DNA of 63,862 bases, counting the filler, from Intoshia linei (lineage: Eukaryota; Animalia; Orthonectida), in the NCBI GenBank assembly GCA_001642005.1. It is 10 parts of 10 records of this genome, joined end to end, with 100 filler letters (N's around TTAATTAATTAA, not from the genome) between each part and the next. Parts side by side here need not be neighbours in the genome. Positions count along the whole stretch, not along the records: positions 1 to 15,084 come from LWCA01000930.1; 9 more parts are not named here. One strand, written 5' to 3'. Within the stretch, counting starts at the first letter, position 1; each line of letters starts with the position of its first letter. The notes under the pieces are model-generated. The model was not told the DNA's origin. It did no database searches and saw only the letters and a list, made by a program, of their open reading frames with translations. The translations under genes and the position numbers were made by a program. Shown here one piece after another: positions 1-12,619 of the stretch.

Positions 1-601
1 AATATATAACTAATCATTAATGAACTCATTTAAAATATTCCAAAAAAAACAATTGGAAAGACAAACCTTATAGCATTAGAATCTAATGAGTAGATTAACA
101 ATTGTTCATGACAAAACTACTAAAAATCTAAGAAAATTAAAATGTTAAAATAAATAAATTGTTTTAAAATAGAGTAAACATATGTTTATTTTTATAAAAG
201 TTTAAATATTATTTTGAAAAATTAATTAGAGCCTGCAAGTTCATTAGTGTATAAAAATAATTTTTTTCAACGAATTAACACTTTAAATGTATATAAGCAT
301 CTAATTATTCCTTCGCGGCATTGCATTTAAGATACCGTTGACACCCTAATGTACATTATTACAACATTTATGGTTAATTTTATAAGCTATTCTAATTACC
401 TTACAATTACATGTCAAATTTTGGCAATTGATAACAATACAAATAAAGTGTCAGAAAATAAACTTCAAATGTTGCAATTCAGTTAGCTTACTTTATATCG
501 TCTTTCAAATTGTAAAATATCGGAAAACGTTAATATAATTGTATATTAAAATACAATTGTTATAACAAAAAAAATTTGATATTATAAAACTTTATTAAAG
601 T

Positions 602-1984
602 TTAAGACCTCTTAAGACGTGCAAGTCTTTCTTCAATTGATAAATCATCAGCTGTAGGTGAATAGCTATCTGATCTATCGGTTTTTTTTGAAGAATGTCT
701 AATTTTGGAGTCATCGTTGGTGGGCTTGGAAGGCCCCAAATTTGAAGAACTATTTGGCAACTTTGAATTGAAACTGTTTCTAGAATTAGACAATTTGAAT
801 TTTGTATTATCTAAATCTTCAAAATTAATCAGTTGGTCGTCATTTGAACTGCCAGTTTTTTTATAATTGGGTGGAGCTTTATCGGATGACTAAAAACAAT
901 GATAAATTTGATAAATAAAAATACTATACTGAAATATTGGAAGAACTTGCAGCTGTATATAAAATGGGTTCATCCATATTTTCATTAGTAGATTTTGTAT
1001 CAAAGGTTTCAGTAAAAGATACTTCTCCTGCATAGGAGGGTGGAGCACCAGATTTTAATGATGGATCAAACTAAATTATAATTGTCTATTTTTAAAATTA
1101 CATATTGTATTACTGATTTATTCAATACATTTGGAGATAAGACCGGGGTATTGCCATGTTTAAATGACGTTACTTCGTCGTCCAATATTAGCCTTGACCT
1201 TTTTACTTCATCTTCATCTATAGCTTCTTGGTCAATCGTATACGGAAAATTAAAACATTGCGCAATTTTTAACAAGTAGCCCTCTACCAGACGAACGGGT
1301 GGTATTTTAACAGATAATTTTTTAACCAATTTTGGAGATACATAACCAAATCGATTATTTCTTGCATTTTCTACAAAAACAAGTCCCTTTTTCTTGGAAA
1401 CGACATGTACAATTGTTTGCAATTCCATACTGCAGTTTTTTAAATATTTTTCGCTGTATATAATGGAATGAAGTGGTCTCAAAAGACCTTCGTCCACAAT
1501 ATCACTAAAAATATAATATTAATCAATTTAGTAGACATCAAAGTGAAATTTATCATTTTTTCTAATTGGTAAACTAACAATTCTGATATAGATAATAAAA
1601 TAACTCGTTAAAAAAATTCATGATCCTAGCTTTAACAGTTTCACAATACACTTCAACCATTTCCATACATTCAATTAAATAATCATCAGATATCGCTAAT
1701 TCAACTTTGATTCTTGCCTTTTCATATTTTTTATCTTTAATTAAATTGGCAATTTCTTTTCTGTTGAATTTAGACAATCTAGTTTATTTACAAGTAAAAT
1801 CAAATCAAACAACTTAAAGGTGAAATAAAACATGAAGAACAAATTACTCTCTTTTTTTTTGTCCCAAATGTTTCAAAGTATTCAAGACAATGGTACACGA
1901 TGCATTAAATCTAAACTAAAATTACTACAAATGTATCAACGACAACTTTTTAAAATATTTTTCGTCACCTTTATTTTGAAACAT
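602..1984 (-). CDS. IST1: IST1 (ESCRT-III-associated factor), multi-exon
   Basis: Spliced translation MFQNKG...LNTLKHLGQKKRE, RKEIANLIKDKKYEKARIKVELAISDDYLIECMEMVEVYCE, KKLSVKIPPVRLVEGYLLKIA matches the IST1 N-terminal domain. C-terminal DLSIEERLARLKRS resembles a MIM1 motif. GT-AG introns, mostly short; ATG at 1984. Confidence 0.9.
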
Positions 1985-2058
1985 TTCTAAATAAATTATA
2001 GTACAAATATTTATATGACAACTTTTAAAGATAACTACATTTTTAATTCATTTTCTAA

Positions 2059-3276
2059 ATGACAATGATGAAATGCGGGATATGTCAAGATATTGTTGAA
2101 AATTTGTTTACTACAACTGGAAAAGTAGATATTCAAGAATTTTCGGTTTTTCATTTTTTACAAATGTACAATTTAAATTTTTTAGACTGATTGCCAAATA
2201 TGCTGCAATATTTTTAAAATTATACAAGAAAAAAGTAATGTTTAAATAATGTTATAGTGTATAATTCTTATTAGATTCAATCTTTGCTAGATTCTACTGA
2301 TTATGAATTTTTTTCAAATAATACATATGCTTTTAGTATAAAATTACCAAAAAATTTAATCAATATTGATGAATCTTACAATGAAATAATTTTAGTTTCA
2401 ATTAAAAAGAAAATTGCAGCTCTATTACAAAATGATTTATTAAAATATAATAAAAACTTCAGTATCGTAGATATTGAAAGTGCTCAAATAATTTTACATT
2501 GCGAATTTAATTGTCCAGATGTATGTAAATTTTACTTGAGTCGAAATCGAATATTTATAGCCGGCCGATACAACAAATACAATAGATGCATCAGTCAAAG
2601 TCCTTGGAAAAGCGAAAAAATAATTACTTCAATTGAAGAAATTTTAATGGGACCTGTCAAAAAATCTTTCCAATGTCAAGAATGTATATTTTCTAGCAGT
2701 GGTCGGGAAGATGTAGACGTTTTGATGCTTGGTGATGGTCGACCGTTTGTTCTTGAAATTGTTGATGCCAAAATAGTGCAGGTAGATTTAGTACAAATTC
2801 AGAAAGACATTACTAATGATCACGTCAAAGTTGGTGCGTTGTCGTTTGTATCAAGACAGCAAGTCAAAGAGTTGAGACAAATTGAAAACACTACCAAGCA
2901 ATATAGAATTTACATCAACTGTTTTGAACCAGTTGCCAATTTCATACCACTTTTACAGATGGGAAAATTTTTTATTAAACAACAAACCCCTATACGAGTT
3001 CTTCATACACGTACTAATATGGTTCGCGACAAATTTTTGACTTTTTTAAATATTCAACATGATGATAACATTCAAAACTGTATTATTGTTGAACTTGAAT
3101 CACAGTCAGGCACGTATATTAAAGAATTTGTTCACGGAGATATGCTGAGAACTCAACCATCTCTAAAATCACTTTTATCTGTTTCCAAGATTGATGTAGT
3201 TCATCTCGATGTAATTAAAGTAGACGTTGAATGGCCTCCTGTAAATAGTTTCAAACAATGGCCCTTACTGTTATGA
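2059..3276 (+). CDS. PUS10: tRNA pseudouridine synthase Pus10, 3 exons (~2059-2145, 2186-2239, 2275-3276), about 380 aa
   Basis: Motifs GRYNKY..SQSPW, catalytic SSGREDVDV, GRPFVLE, QQTPIRVLH, SGTYIKEFVHGD. Two N-terminal CxxC pairs lie in small upstream exons. Confidence 0.93.
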
Positions 3277-3318
3277 AATTTTTAATTTTCAAATATTAAA
3301 TTTTTATTTTGTAACATT

Positions 3319-6300
3319 TTATTGTGTACTTTTTTTATATTTACAAATTGCTTTTAACATGAAACCATCGTCGTTTTCTTTTAAATTAAATTCCTTTTCC
3401 AAATCATTTAAATTTTTCTTCATCCAATCGTTAAATTTACTAAAAATACATGAGACATAATTAAATACGGTAAAATTAAGCCGGGATGTTTTAATAATTT
3501 TTAAAGTTTCAATATATATTCGGGTGTGATTATGCATATAAAAAATCAAAATTAATGTTTAATTTTGACCATTCAAGTAGATAATGAAATTACTCTAAAT
3601 TTTGAGACTCTGTGTTCTAAATATAAAATTATACAATAAATACAGATCAAAAACCTTATTCTCGATAGGATTATTTTGTAAAATCTAAATAAATAGATTT
3701 TAAAATGCATGGACAAGAAATATATCTTGGATTTATGTATTCCTGCGTTTTTAATTTTTATCCTTCGAAATCTCTTATAAAAGTTTCAATCCTCATTTAT
3801 ATCAAGTAAAAGTTGTTAAAAAGCCGTGTCTGGTGTCTAACCGCCTAATTAAGAAACCCTAAGGAATCAATTTATGTTATTTTCACCCATTTCTCTTAAT
3901 TGGAAATGTGTAGACTAAAGATGGGAAAGCATTTATTGTTCGAATGCCGTACTAACGTCCTAAAAAAATAAATCAAATACAACAGTGCTTCGCATGGGAT
4001 GACTAATCACCCAAGGGGTGAATACGACAATTTTAGATTATTGGGGTGAATGATCCAAAATTTTACCAATCCTTAAGGAAAAAAAACTGCTTTTACCAAT
4101 ATTCTTCTGAAAAATCACATTTTACCAAATATTAATATTTTAAAAATGATATAATTTTAAATGAAAAATAATTCAAATTGTTCAGAAGGTCGCACTTTCC
4201 CCACCTCTGGTGAACGTTCAATGTACATTATTTTATAAATTGTAGGATGAATATTTTAAATATTGAATTTAGAAAAATCCCCTTTTTAAAGAGTGATAGA
4301 GTACCGTAAATTTGACTATCAGCAATTAAGACCTTTAGTGTCAAAAACCCAATTAGATAAATGAAATAACTAACCAAGTTGAATAAAACATCATGGAAGA
4401 TGCAGTCCACTGCATTTCAGTTTATATACAGGAAAACATTTTATATGAAAAATAAACGCCTTAATGGTCAAAAAAGCAAATTAGTATTACTCTCTGGTGA
4501 GAACACCATAGAATATTTCTAATTTTTTTGTAATTTGGTTTGTAGGTATAATATGCTATCTTAATATTTCAGTTTTAACTTGGGTCTGTAGTGGATAATA
4601 TTATTATATAAAGTATTTCATAAGATTAACCTAATTATTAACCTCACAAGGATAATGACAACGACAAGAGAAAGATATAATACTATAAAAAAGATTAAAG
4701 GGATTGAGATAATTACATTTAATTTTCAAAAACTAGATTTTTAATTTTTTATACACACTCCAAAATCATCAAACTTACAATTCAATTTTTTTACTGACAA
4801 AATATTATTTTATAAAATGTGTTTATTTCTATATACTTTTTTGTTAAGTTACTTACAACTTTTGATGAATACTGATCTAGTTAATATATTTACTGATAAA
4901 AATGTAATTATGTACTGACAAGAAAGCAATTAAAAACTGACAAATATGTAATTGAATACTGACAATTTTATGTTGAAAATACAGAAAATTTTTAATTAAA
5001 AAAAGGGTAATCTGTGGTTTTCACCGTGAAGATATAAGATTTTAAAATTGAAATTTATCATTATGTTGATGATTTTAAAACTTTATCAGATTCTGTATTA
5101 TCAGATTTTTATAATTCTAGTAATTCGTTAGATTTTAAAAAAAGTATATTTGGGGTTATTGACTTTGAAGGCCTCTAATTCTGAAAATGAAATTTGCAAT
5201 AAATCCTCACCTTCGAAAAATTGTGATAAATACATGGAATTTTGAAAACTCGATTCCTCTTACGTTCTGGATTTACTTACATATTACATATTATAATCTG
5301 TACTCAAACTGGAACAGACTAACAAATAAATAAAGAGACATACATTTTTATCTAAATTACTCAATATTAGTAAGGATATTAAGATATCAATATTTTTGAG
5401 AGGGGCGATAATCTTGCAAAAATTAAAAAAAATTTGACTCTAGAATCTAGACAGCGATGGTTCAATAAAGAATGAGAATATATGGTGTAGAGCTTTTCAA
5501 ATGGAGTCATCTTAATAGAACAAATTAAATACTTTTTGAGGTTGAGAAGGGGTTCCAATATTGAACTTTGTTTTATTATTGATAGGTTTTATATGTTTAG
5601 ATGATTGATTACTAAAAAATAAATTAGGTCATAAATGTGTACTATAAGAATTACAAAATATTTTCAAATTTAGTTAATTGAGAATCATTTAAATTAGCTA
5701 AATTGGATTTTAGACTGTTAATAAAATGTTGAATTCTTTTAAATAAAGGTTGTGAGACATGATTAGCGTATTTCAAGGCTAAATTTAATTCCTTTTCAGT
5801 TTTCATCAAATAAACATTCTCTAGTGCACGAACTAAATAACCAGATTTTGCGCAAAACTAAATTATTATAATGATAAGGCAGCATAAAAAAATAAATTGA
5901 AGATACTGCAAATCGTCTCATTATTATAGCAGATTTTTTTAAATTCAAAATTGGAATTGCATTGCAAATTAGATAAGAGTTCTAAATTAAAAATAACACT
6001 TATTTGATATTTTATAATTACACTTAATAAATTTTCCTGCTTTTCATTGTCACAAATTTCACTTTGATAAAATGGTATAGTTTCTACAATCGGTAATGTA
6101 ATAGCACGGCTTGGTGGATATTTTGTTCCATTTTTACATAATATTGCTCTATTTTAAAAATTAATCATGGTCAATAAATCATTATATACCTGTTTATATA
6201 TAATGTTTATATTTTCTATTTTGATTGCTATCGTAGTATGGCGTGATGTCATTGATCGTATACTTTTTGGATATCCCATGGATTTTTAAAATATATTTTT

Positions 6301-9300
6301 TTTAGTAATAATCAACTCATATGAATCATTACAGAAAAATCTCAATTTTATACATTTATATATTTTTTGTGTATTTTTTTTGTAGTTCACTGACAAAAAC
6401 TATTGAAAAATAAAATGATAAATTACAATTACGATACAACCAACACTACAATCTACAATTATGAAATTATACCTCACTTGGGATTTTTCTTCGAATATCG
6501 CAATTATCCAAAATTTTTCACCCTTTCTACACTAAATTTAAAATTTTATGAATATGGCGATTTTTTATTGCTATAAAATGAAAATAATGCTTAAAATTAT
6601 TACAGTACGATTGATGTTGAATAAAAGACTCCAAATTCCATCAATATAATTAAATAAGTATCCATCTGAATTAACGAAAAATAAATTCCCTTCCATAGAA
6701 AAACTAGATTAAAAATAAACAAATTTAGAAAATGTAAAATAAAAACAAATCACCCAATCCAGTCAATTTCTACATCATTATTTAAAGGTAAATGCGACTT
6801 TTCAACCAAATTTACGGAATACACGTCAACTTTATATATAAACATTTCATACATTCGATGGCAATTTATTGGGTCTAAATAAAAACATTAATAATTGAAA
6901 TGATAAATTTAAAAATAATAACTACAACACTAATTAAATATTGCAATAAGACTTATTGTAAGTACAGTTCGTGTAATATGATCAACTGAGTCCTGGTTTT
7001 TGACATCAAAATGTCATATTACTTTGAATTGAATATACAATGTCCATTGGACATACACATTTTAGTCATAGACCCATTTTTTAACTTAAATTTTACGTAA
7101 TTTGGAGTAAACCAACCAAAAAAATTTTTTTCCTCGAACAATTAATACATTTACTTATATAATATGCTACGCAATATTCGTTTGTGTGTGTGTTCCACTT
7201 TATTTCAATAACTACCAGTCTTAGAATTTTATATAGCCCACATTTCAATTACAGTTTTTTCCGGGGGTGTTAGCATAATAATTTTCAATCTCCCAAACTC
7301 ACATCTTAACGGTCAAAAAGCCCAATTGTTCTTTTTTTGAAAATCAAACGAGTTCGAAAATTTAAAAAAATATATACTCTGATAACCGGATTTTAAAATC
7401 ATAAATATTATCCATTTTGATCAAAACCTGAATGGCTTTACTTAGATTTGGTAAAAATAAATTTTTCACAAACTGTTTGATAAAATTTAATATTTAAAAT
7501 GTAAACCCATTCAGATTGTAATTGATATAAATGAATTTTCTTGAATATTGTAAATTTACTACAAAAAATTCGAAACTCACGGTTAAATACATGTATATTG
7601 ACGATTTTCAAATATATACCTGAAACGTCAGTAATCAAAACCAATTTTGTTGGCTTCAGATTCGTAGTAATTGATGATGCTACAGTAAAGATAATAACAC
7701 CGGGAACGTAGATTGGTGCAACTATGCTATTTAAACCAATCGAATAAAAATGAAGCAAATTTTTATTTGTTGTATAAGCAATGAAACGGTCACTTGCCGC
7801 CACATTCTATGGTTAATACTAAAAAAACTTTACACAAAAACTAATCATACCGTAATAATTTCGCCTGGGTGCATTTCAATTTTAGAATTTTTACATTGAT
7901 CCCAAGATTTATATGCGCAACATTTCAAAATGCTAAAATTAATTTAAAAAAAATTTGTAAGGTGTTAAAAAAACCAATTACACAATAATGTAATATAATG
8001 AATAATTAAATATAAAACTATTAATTATACATATACAATGTACTACATTCGTTGACGAAATTCCAAATCTGAAAAATTTGACGTCCATTCTCTGGAGCAA
8101 CCTAATCATCAATTTTACTGATTTATCATATCATTGATTTTTTCACAAAACTTTAGTGGGTTTCATTATTCATATTCATAATTTTGTAGGGTCTTTAAGG
8201 AAAGTTTTTTTTACCCAATTATTAAAGATCCCATAAATTTTTAAAAATATTCCCTTCAAAACCCTACAAAATTATGAATATAAGATAATAAAATATGAAT
8301 AAAGTAACCTACTAAAGTTTTGGACATTGTCATTAAAAAAACTTTAAAGAAACCACAAAAATACTGTGAAAAAATACATATTATGATTAATTAACAAAAT
8401 TGATGATTATGTCGCTTAAAATAATGTTCGCCGAAAAATTTATAAATATTGAAACTATTTTTTATATCCAATATGCATTTTTGATTTTTAAAAATCGTAA
8501 ATACTATACAGACCACACATACGGGCAAACCGTGTTGGTCATTCATATATTTGTCACGTTTAATCCATACTCACCTATTTGATTCATCTCCAGATGCAAC
8601 TACACAAACAGTGCTAGACAAAGCCGACATTGTATAATCAGCCAAATCACTGATTTGTAATGAATGATTGTGAGATTTTTCTCTAAATTCAACAGATATA
8701 AACGGATCAGCTGAGTTTTTCAAATTTTCATCCACACCCTCCGATACTTTAGTCACATATCTTCGAACAGTACCTATCCAATTCCAAACCTAAAAGTATT
8801 TGACATATTATTGTATAATTATAAATATTTCAATTAGTTTCAAGTAACATAAATATTTTCAGTTGCAGTAAACAACATTAAAAAGGGTTTTTAGCCGTTT
8901 CTTAAACATGAGTTTAGTTAAATTTTTCAGCGGTCACGAAATATTTTGTCCTAATCTTTTAGTTGAATAAATTTGAATGTATGTGTGTGTTAACAGTATA
9001 CAACTGTACCACCTGTAAATTTTTTTTAATTATAGGGCTGTTTTAATTAAAAAAAAGGTAATTTGTGGTTTTGGCCCTGAATATATATATTTTTTTAAAT
9101 TCTCAAACTCGTTTGATTTTCAAAAAAAAGGACAATTGGGCTTTTTGACCAGTAAGATGTGAGTTTGGGAGGTCAAAATTTATTTTTCTAACACCTGGAA
9201 AAAACTGTAATTGAAATGTTTACTTTATAAAATTCTAAGACTGGTAGTTATTGAAATAAACGATAAGACACAGACAGACAAACAAATCATATTATATAAG

Positions 9301-12300
9301 TAAGGATTGATATAATTATTTGCAACATTAACTCTACATCAGTGTTTCCTAACCGTGGAGCCTAAAAAAAATTACAAATTTATAGGATTATGAAACTTCA
9401 GATTAATTTATTGTTAATTTTATACAATATTCTCAGGGTTTATAAGTGGTTATGTGATACTTGAACCTATTAATTGTATTATAAAATTATTAGAATGACA
9501 AAATAAATACATTATTATTGTTTTTATCATTATTTTATTAAAATTCGTTCGAATTTTTTTTCAGGGAGGCTGGAGATTTTTTTTAAGAGTAAAAGTGGGG
9601 CTTAGCATAAAAAAGGTTGGGAAACACTGCTCTACATCAATATCTCAAAACCATTAGTACACAATAAGCGTTTCATTATAATTATAAAAAAATTTTAAAT
9701 TAACGGTAACCGAAAATAATTTACTGATATTGAAACACTAGTTGTAAGTATAATTTGATTGTTTTTCAGATTATACACTCATTATTTAATAAATTAAAAA
9801 GTCGGCCCTCACTAGAGCTGGCTGCTATTTGTACGAAGTACATAATAGTCTACTAGATGAATACAAAATAAAGGATAATTGTAAAAATTCTAATCGGTGA
9901 TGGAGAAATCAATTCAGAACACTCAGAAATAAAACTATTGGGATTTAGAATTGTTCCCGACATATAATTAATCAATGATCATTGATCATGTACCATGAAA
10001 TGAAATCAATTTGGTTTAAAATAAAACACTATTGTATTTTGATCACTTAGTATTGGAAGAAAAGATCTCCCCATAATGAAAAAATGATTATCGTCGCTTA
10101 ATAGTAGTTAATAGCTTCGATTTACAATATACGTAATAAAATTTGGATATCAAAATTTGGGCCACAATCATTGCAATTATTAAAAATCTACCATATATTG
10201 AGAACCATCCACTAATTCAGTTGATCCTATCCTAATTGTTTTCTTTTTTGTATTTACTACAAAAATAAAAATCAATTTAAGTAAAATAATTATATAATCC
10301 TAACTTATATAACATGCTACGCTATTTTTGTTTGTGTGTTCCACTTTATTGAAATAACTACCAGTCTTAGAATTTTATAAAGACCACATTTCAATTACAG
10401 TTTTTACTCATACGTTTAATAAAATAAATTTCAACCTCCAAATTTCTAATCCTACGGGTCAAAAACCCCTGTTGTCCCTCTTTTTGAAAATCAAACAAAT
10501 TGGAGTTTTTCAACCCTAGAAATCTACGCATTCCCAGAAATCCTACGCATAACAAACAAAAAATTAAGATGAAATAATTCAGTTTAAAGTAAAAAGTAAT
10601 ATGATATGATGGTTCCACCTGAAACAAATTTAGGAACCACTCTTTTAAAGGATTAATAATAGTTAATAGTAGGATTTTTAAGTTAGATTTTCAGCGTGAA
10701 TTTATTTTTTTGGTATAATAAAAATGTACCCTCGGCAGAACTAGATGCTGTTTGTACGTAGTACATAACAGTCAAGCTAGTACTATATATTATGTAGTTT
10801 GACAGTTATTCAAGTAAATTCAATAATAAAATCTTACATAAAAGGTTACTATTCCTTATTACCAATCATTAAAGAAGTGATTCCCAAACTTTTTTAATCA
10901 TGGGCCGGTCGTTTCACATTATCTTTTAATTTAAAGTGAATTATTCCCACTTAATTTTATTTTGTTACTACAATGAAAAGTTGTAGTTAACGAATTAGAC
11001 TTCTAAAATTAATAATGTACCATTAATATCACATATATGATTACAATCGAGTTTTTCAACATATTCATTAATATCGCTGGAATATTTGACTCTTTTAACA
11101 GGTTCTTCAACATCCATTGAACAATCAGAATCGGAAAAATGTAATTTTCTTTTAAAAATAGTATCTAATAAAGTCAAATGAAAACTATATAAATAAATCA
11201 TATAAATTAACATAAAATGTAATATAATAAATATAAACAATACCGTCATATAAAGGAATATTAGAAGAATCTGCATTAATGACTTCATCCTTAAAACCAC
11301 ATAAATTGAAACTATTCATGTGACCGGTCATAGTTGTCATAATTATCTGATTGATACTAGAATTAAATCTGGTACAACAAACCAAACCAGCAGAGTTAGG
11401 ATTAAGTATTTTTCTAAAACAAGACATAATTGAAATTATAATAAAATTAAAGAACTGTATAAATTTTCCAGACAAAAAATTCCAAATAAAAGCATCTCCT
11501 TCAGTTGAAATTGCCACAATTTTTTTAAAACTATCAAAAAAAATGCAACTACTTAAAATCTAAATAAAACAATGTAAAAAAATAATTAAATAATTAAAAT
11601 TTCAAGCTATTGCCACTAAAAATGTATGAGGTACCGTTTTTTACCCTTACAAAAAACTGTTTAACCTTTTGAAAACTTTTTAGCGAACAATATACAAAAA
11701 TGGCTCAAAATTGTTTGAGATATTGGATAAAGTTGAACATGTGACAATGTTCAACTCGGCTAATGAAGAGTGAAAATTCCGCACTAGATATGCGACACAA
11801 ACATAGAATACCTTTGAAGTGTTACATTTCAGTTCGTCAACAAATTCTGTTGGATTCATTTCATCTAAATCATTTGTATCAAATCTTTCAATAAACGAAT
11901 AGACGCAAAGTTTTGATTTGACAGGAATAACAATCTCCTTATTATTATTATTCCAGCTCATTCCACAAATTGAAGTAAATTTTCTAGAAAAAAAGTTAAA
12001 TGTTTTTATATTAAAAAAAAATTTAAATTATAATTACGAAAAAGAATTAATTTTTTCAACAACATTGTGTATCAATTTTACAAGTTGAAAAGATTTAAAA
12101 TCATTAAACTGGCCAACTTTCCAAATTCGACAAAATCCATCGCAAGATGTAGCTGCCTAATTTTTTTATGTCAAAGCTTAAAAAAATAAAACCATGTGTA
12201 AATCATCCAAACTAAAACACAAAGAAAGAACAGCACCATTGCAATCATCAAAAGTGTATTGTTGCATATTTTCCAAGTTTACCAAGATAATTTTAAAATT

Positions 12301-12619
12301 TCTTGAACCTGTTGCCAGCAATGTTCCGGATTTTGATAATGTAATATCTGTAGGTGCGTCTGAAAATTCAACAATAGTTTTATATGATAATCCTGTCGAT
12401 ATTTCCCTGCTAGAAACTACTCCGTCACTACAACCAATATACATTGTATCTTCCTAAATAAAACATTTATATTTAAATAACAATTATATTAAAATTTTAA
12501 ATAATACACCACATGCCACACAGGTAACACATTCTCCACCACGGTACGATTCAGGGGTTTCATCATCAAATGATTTCCAAACTCGAATATCTCCTTCAAT
12601 TCCACTTGTCATAAAAAAG
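3319..12619 (-). CDS. WDHD1: WDHD1/AND-1/Ctf4 (WD40-SepB-HMG), many exons; first exon unresolved
   Basis: WD40 exons FMTSGIEGDIRVWKSFDDE (from 12619) and LLATGSRNFKI. SepB region IGSTELVDGSQYM|VWNWIGTVRRY...ISVEFRE (~10190-10256, ~8575-8790), AYKSWD, GFSMEG, ALKYA. Last exon FNDWMKKNLNDLEKEF...FMLKAICKYK resembles the AND-1 HMG box. Confidence 0.85.
3916..4209 (+). mobile_element. hAT-type MITE (same family as 35506-35948) inserted in a Helitron remnant
   Basis: Right TIR TTCCCCACCTCTG with degenerate left TIR. Flanks rejoin to the Helitron-internal GGAAATGTGTAGAC|GTTCAATG seen uninterrupted at ~37522. Degenerate TSD GTGTAGAC. Confidence 0.75.
4995..5376 (-). mobile_element. Diverged non-autonomous Helitron 5' fragment
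   Basis: Reverse strand begins TCCTTACTAATAT; internal similarity to the other copies (AAAAGGGTAATCTGTGGTTTT). Confidence 0.6.
7148..7415 (+). mobile_element. Non-autonomous Helitron 5' fragment in a WDHD1 intron
   Basis: TTACTTATATAATATGCTACG, GT-microsatellite, AATAACTACCAGTCTTAGAATTTTATA, all shared with the other copies. Confidence 0.8.
8050..8435. mobile_element. Fold-back MITE-like element (related copy at ~44770-45175)
   Basis: Long imperfect inverted arms (AATCATCAATTTT...TTTTTTCAC versus GTGAAAAAA...AAAATTGATGATT) and internal AAAACCCTACAAAA repeats. Confidence 0.6.
8880..9306 (-). mobile_element. Non-autonomous Helitron 5' fragment
   Basis: Reverse strand starts TCCTTACTTATATAAT at 9306; same internal sequence as 20501-21159. 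Confidence 0.8.
9340..9629 (+). mobile_element. hAT (Buster-type) MITE with perfect 8-bp TSD
   Basis: TIRs CAGTGTTTCCTAACC / GGTTGGGAAACACTG; TSD CTCTACAT at 9332-9339 and 9630-9637. Confidence 0.92.
10298..10780 (+). mobile_element. Short non-autonomous Helitron with both termini
   Basis: 5' TC after A; subterminal hairpin CTGTTTGTAC-GTA-GTACATAACAG; 3' CTAG followed by T; no TSD. Matching 3' ends at ~9800-9856, 15564-15610 (-), ~18485-18542 and 53081-53133. Confidence 0.88.

Noticed and set aside
1082-1279. Antisense or alternative-frame ORFs (also 11351, 12194, 24628, 25977, 28519, 39170, 40213, 44212, 45945, 47526)
   Set aside because: Shadows of real exons.
10391-10627. Short ORFs within repeats (also 8400, 37308, 47847, 61511)
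   Set aside because: They overlap Helitron, MITE or satellite sequence and show no protein features.
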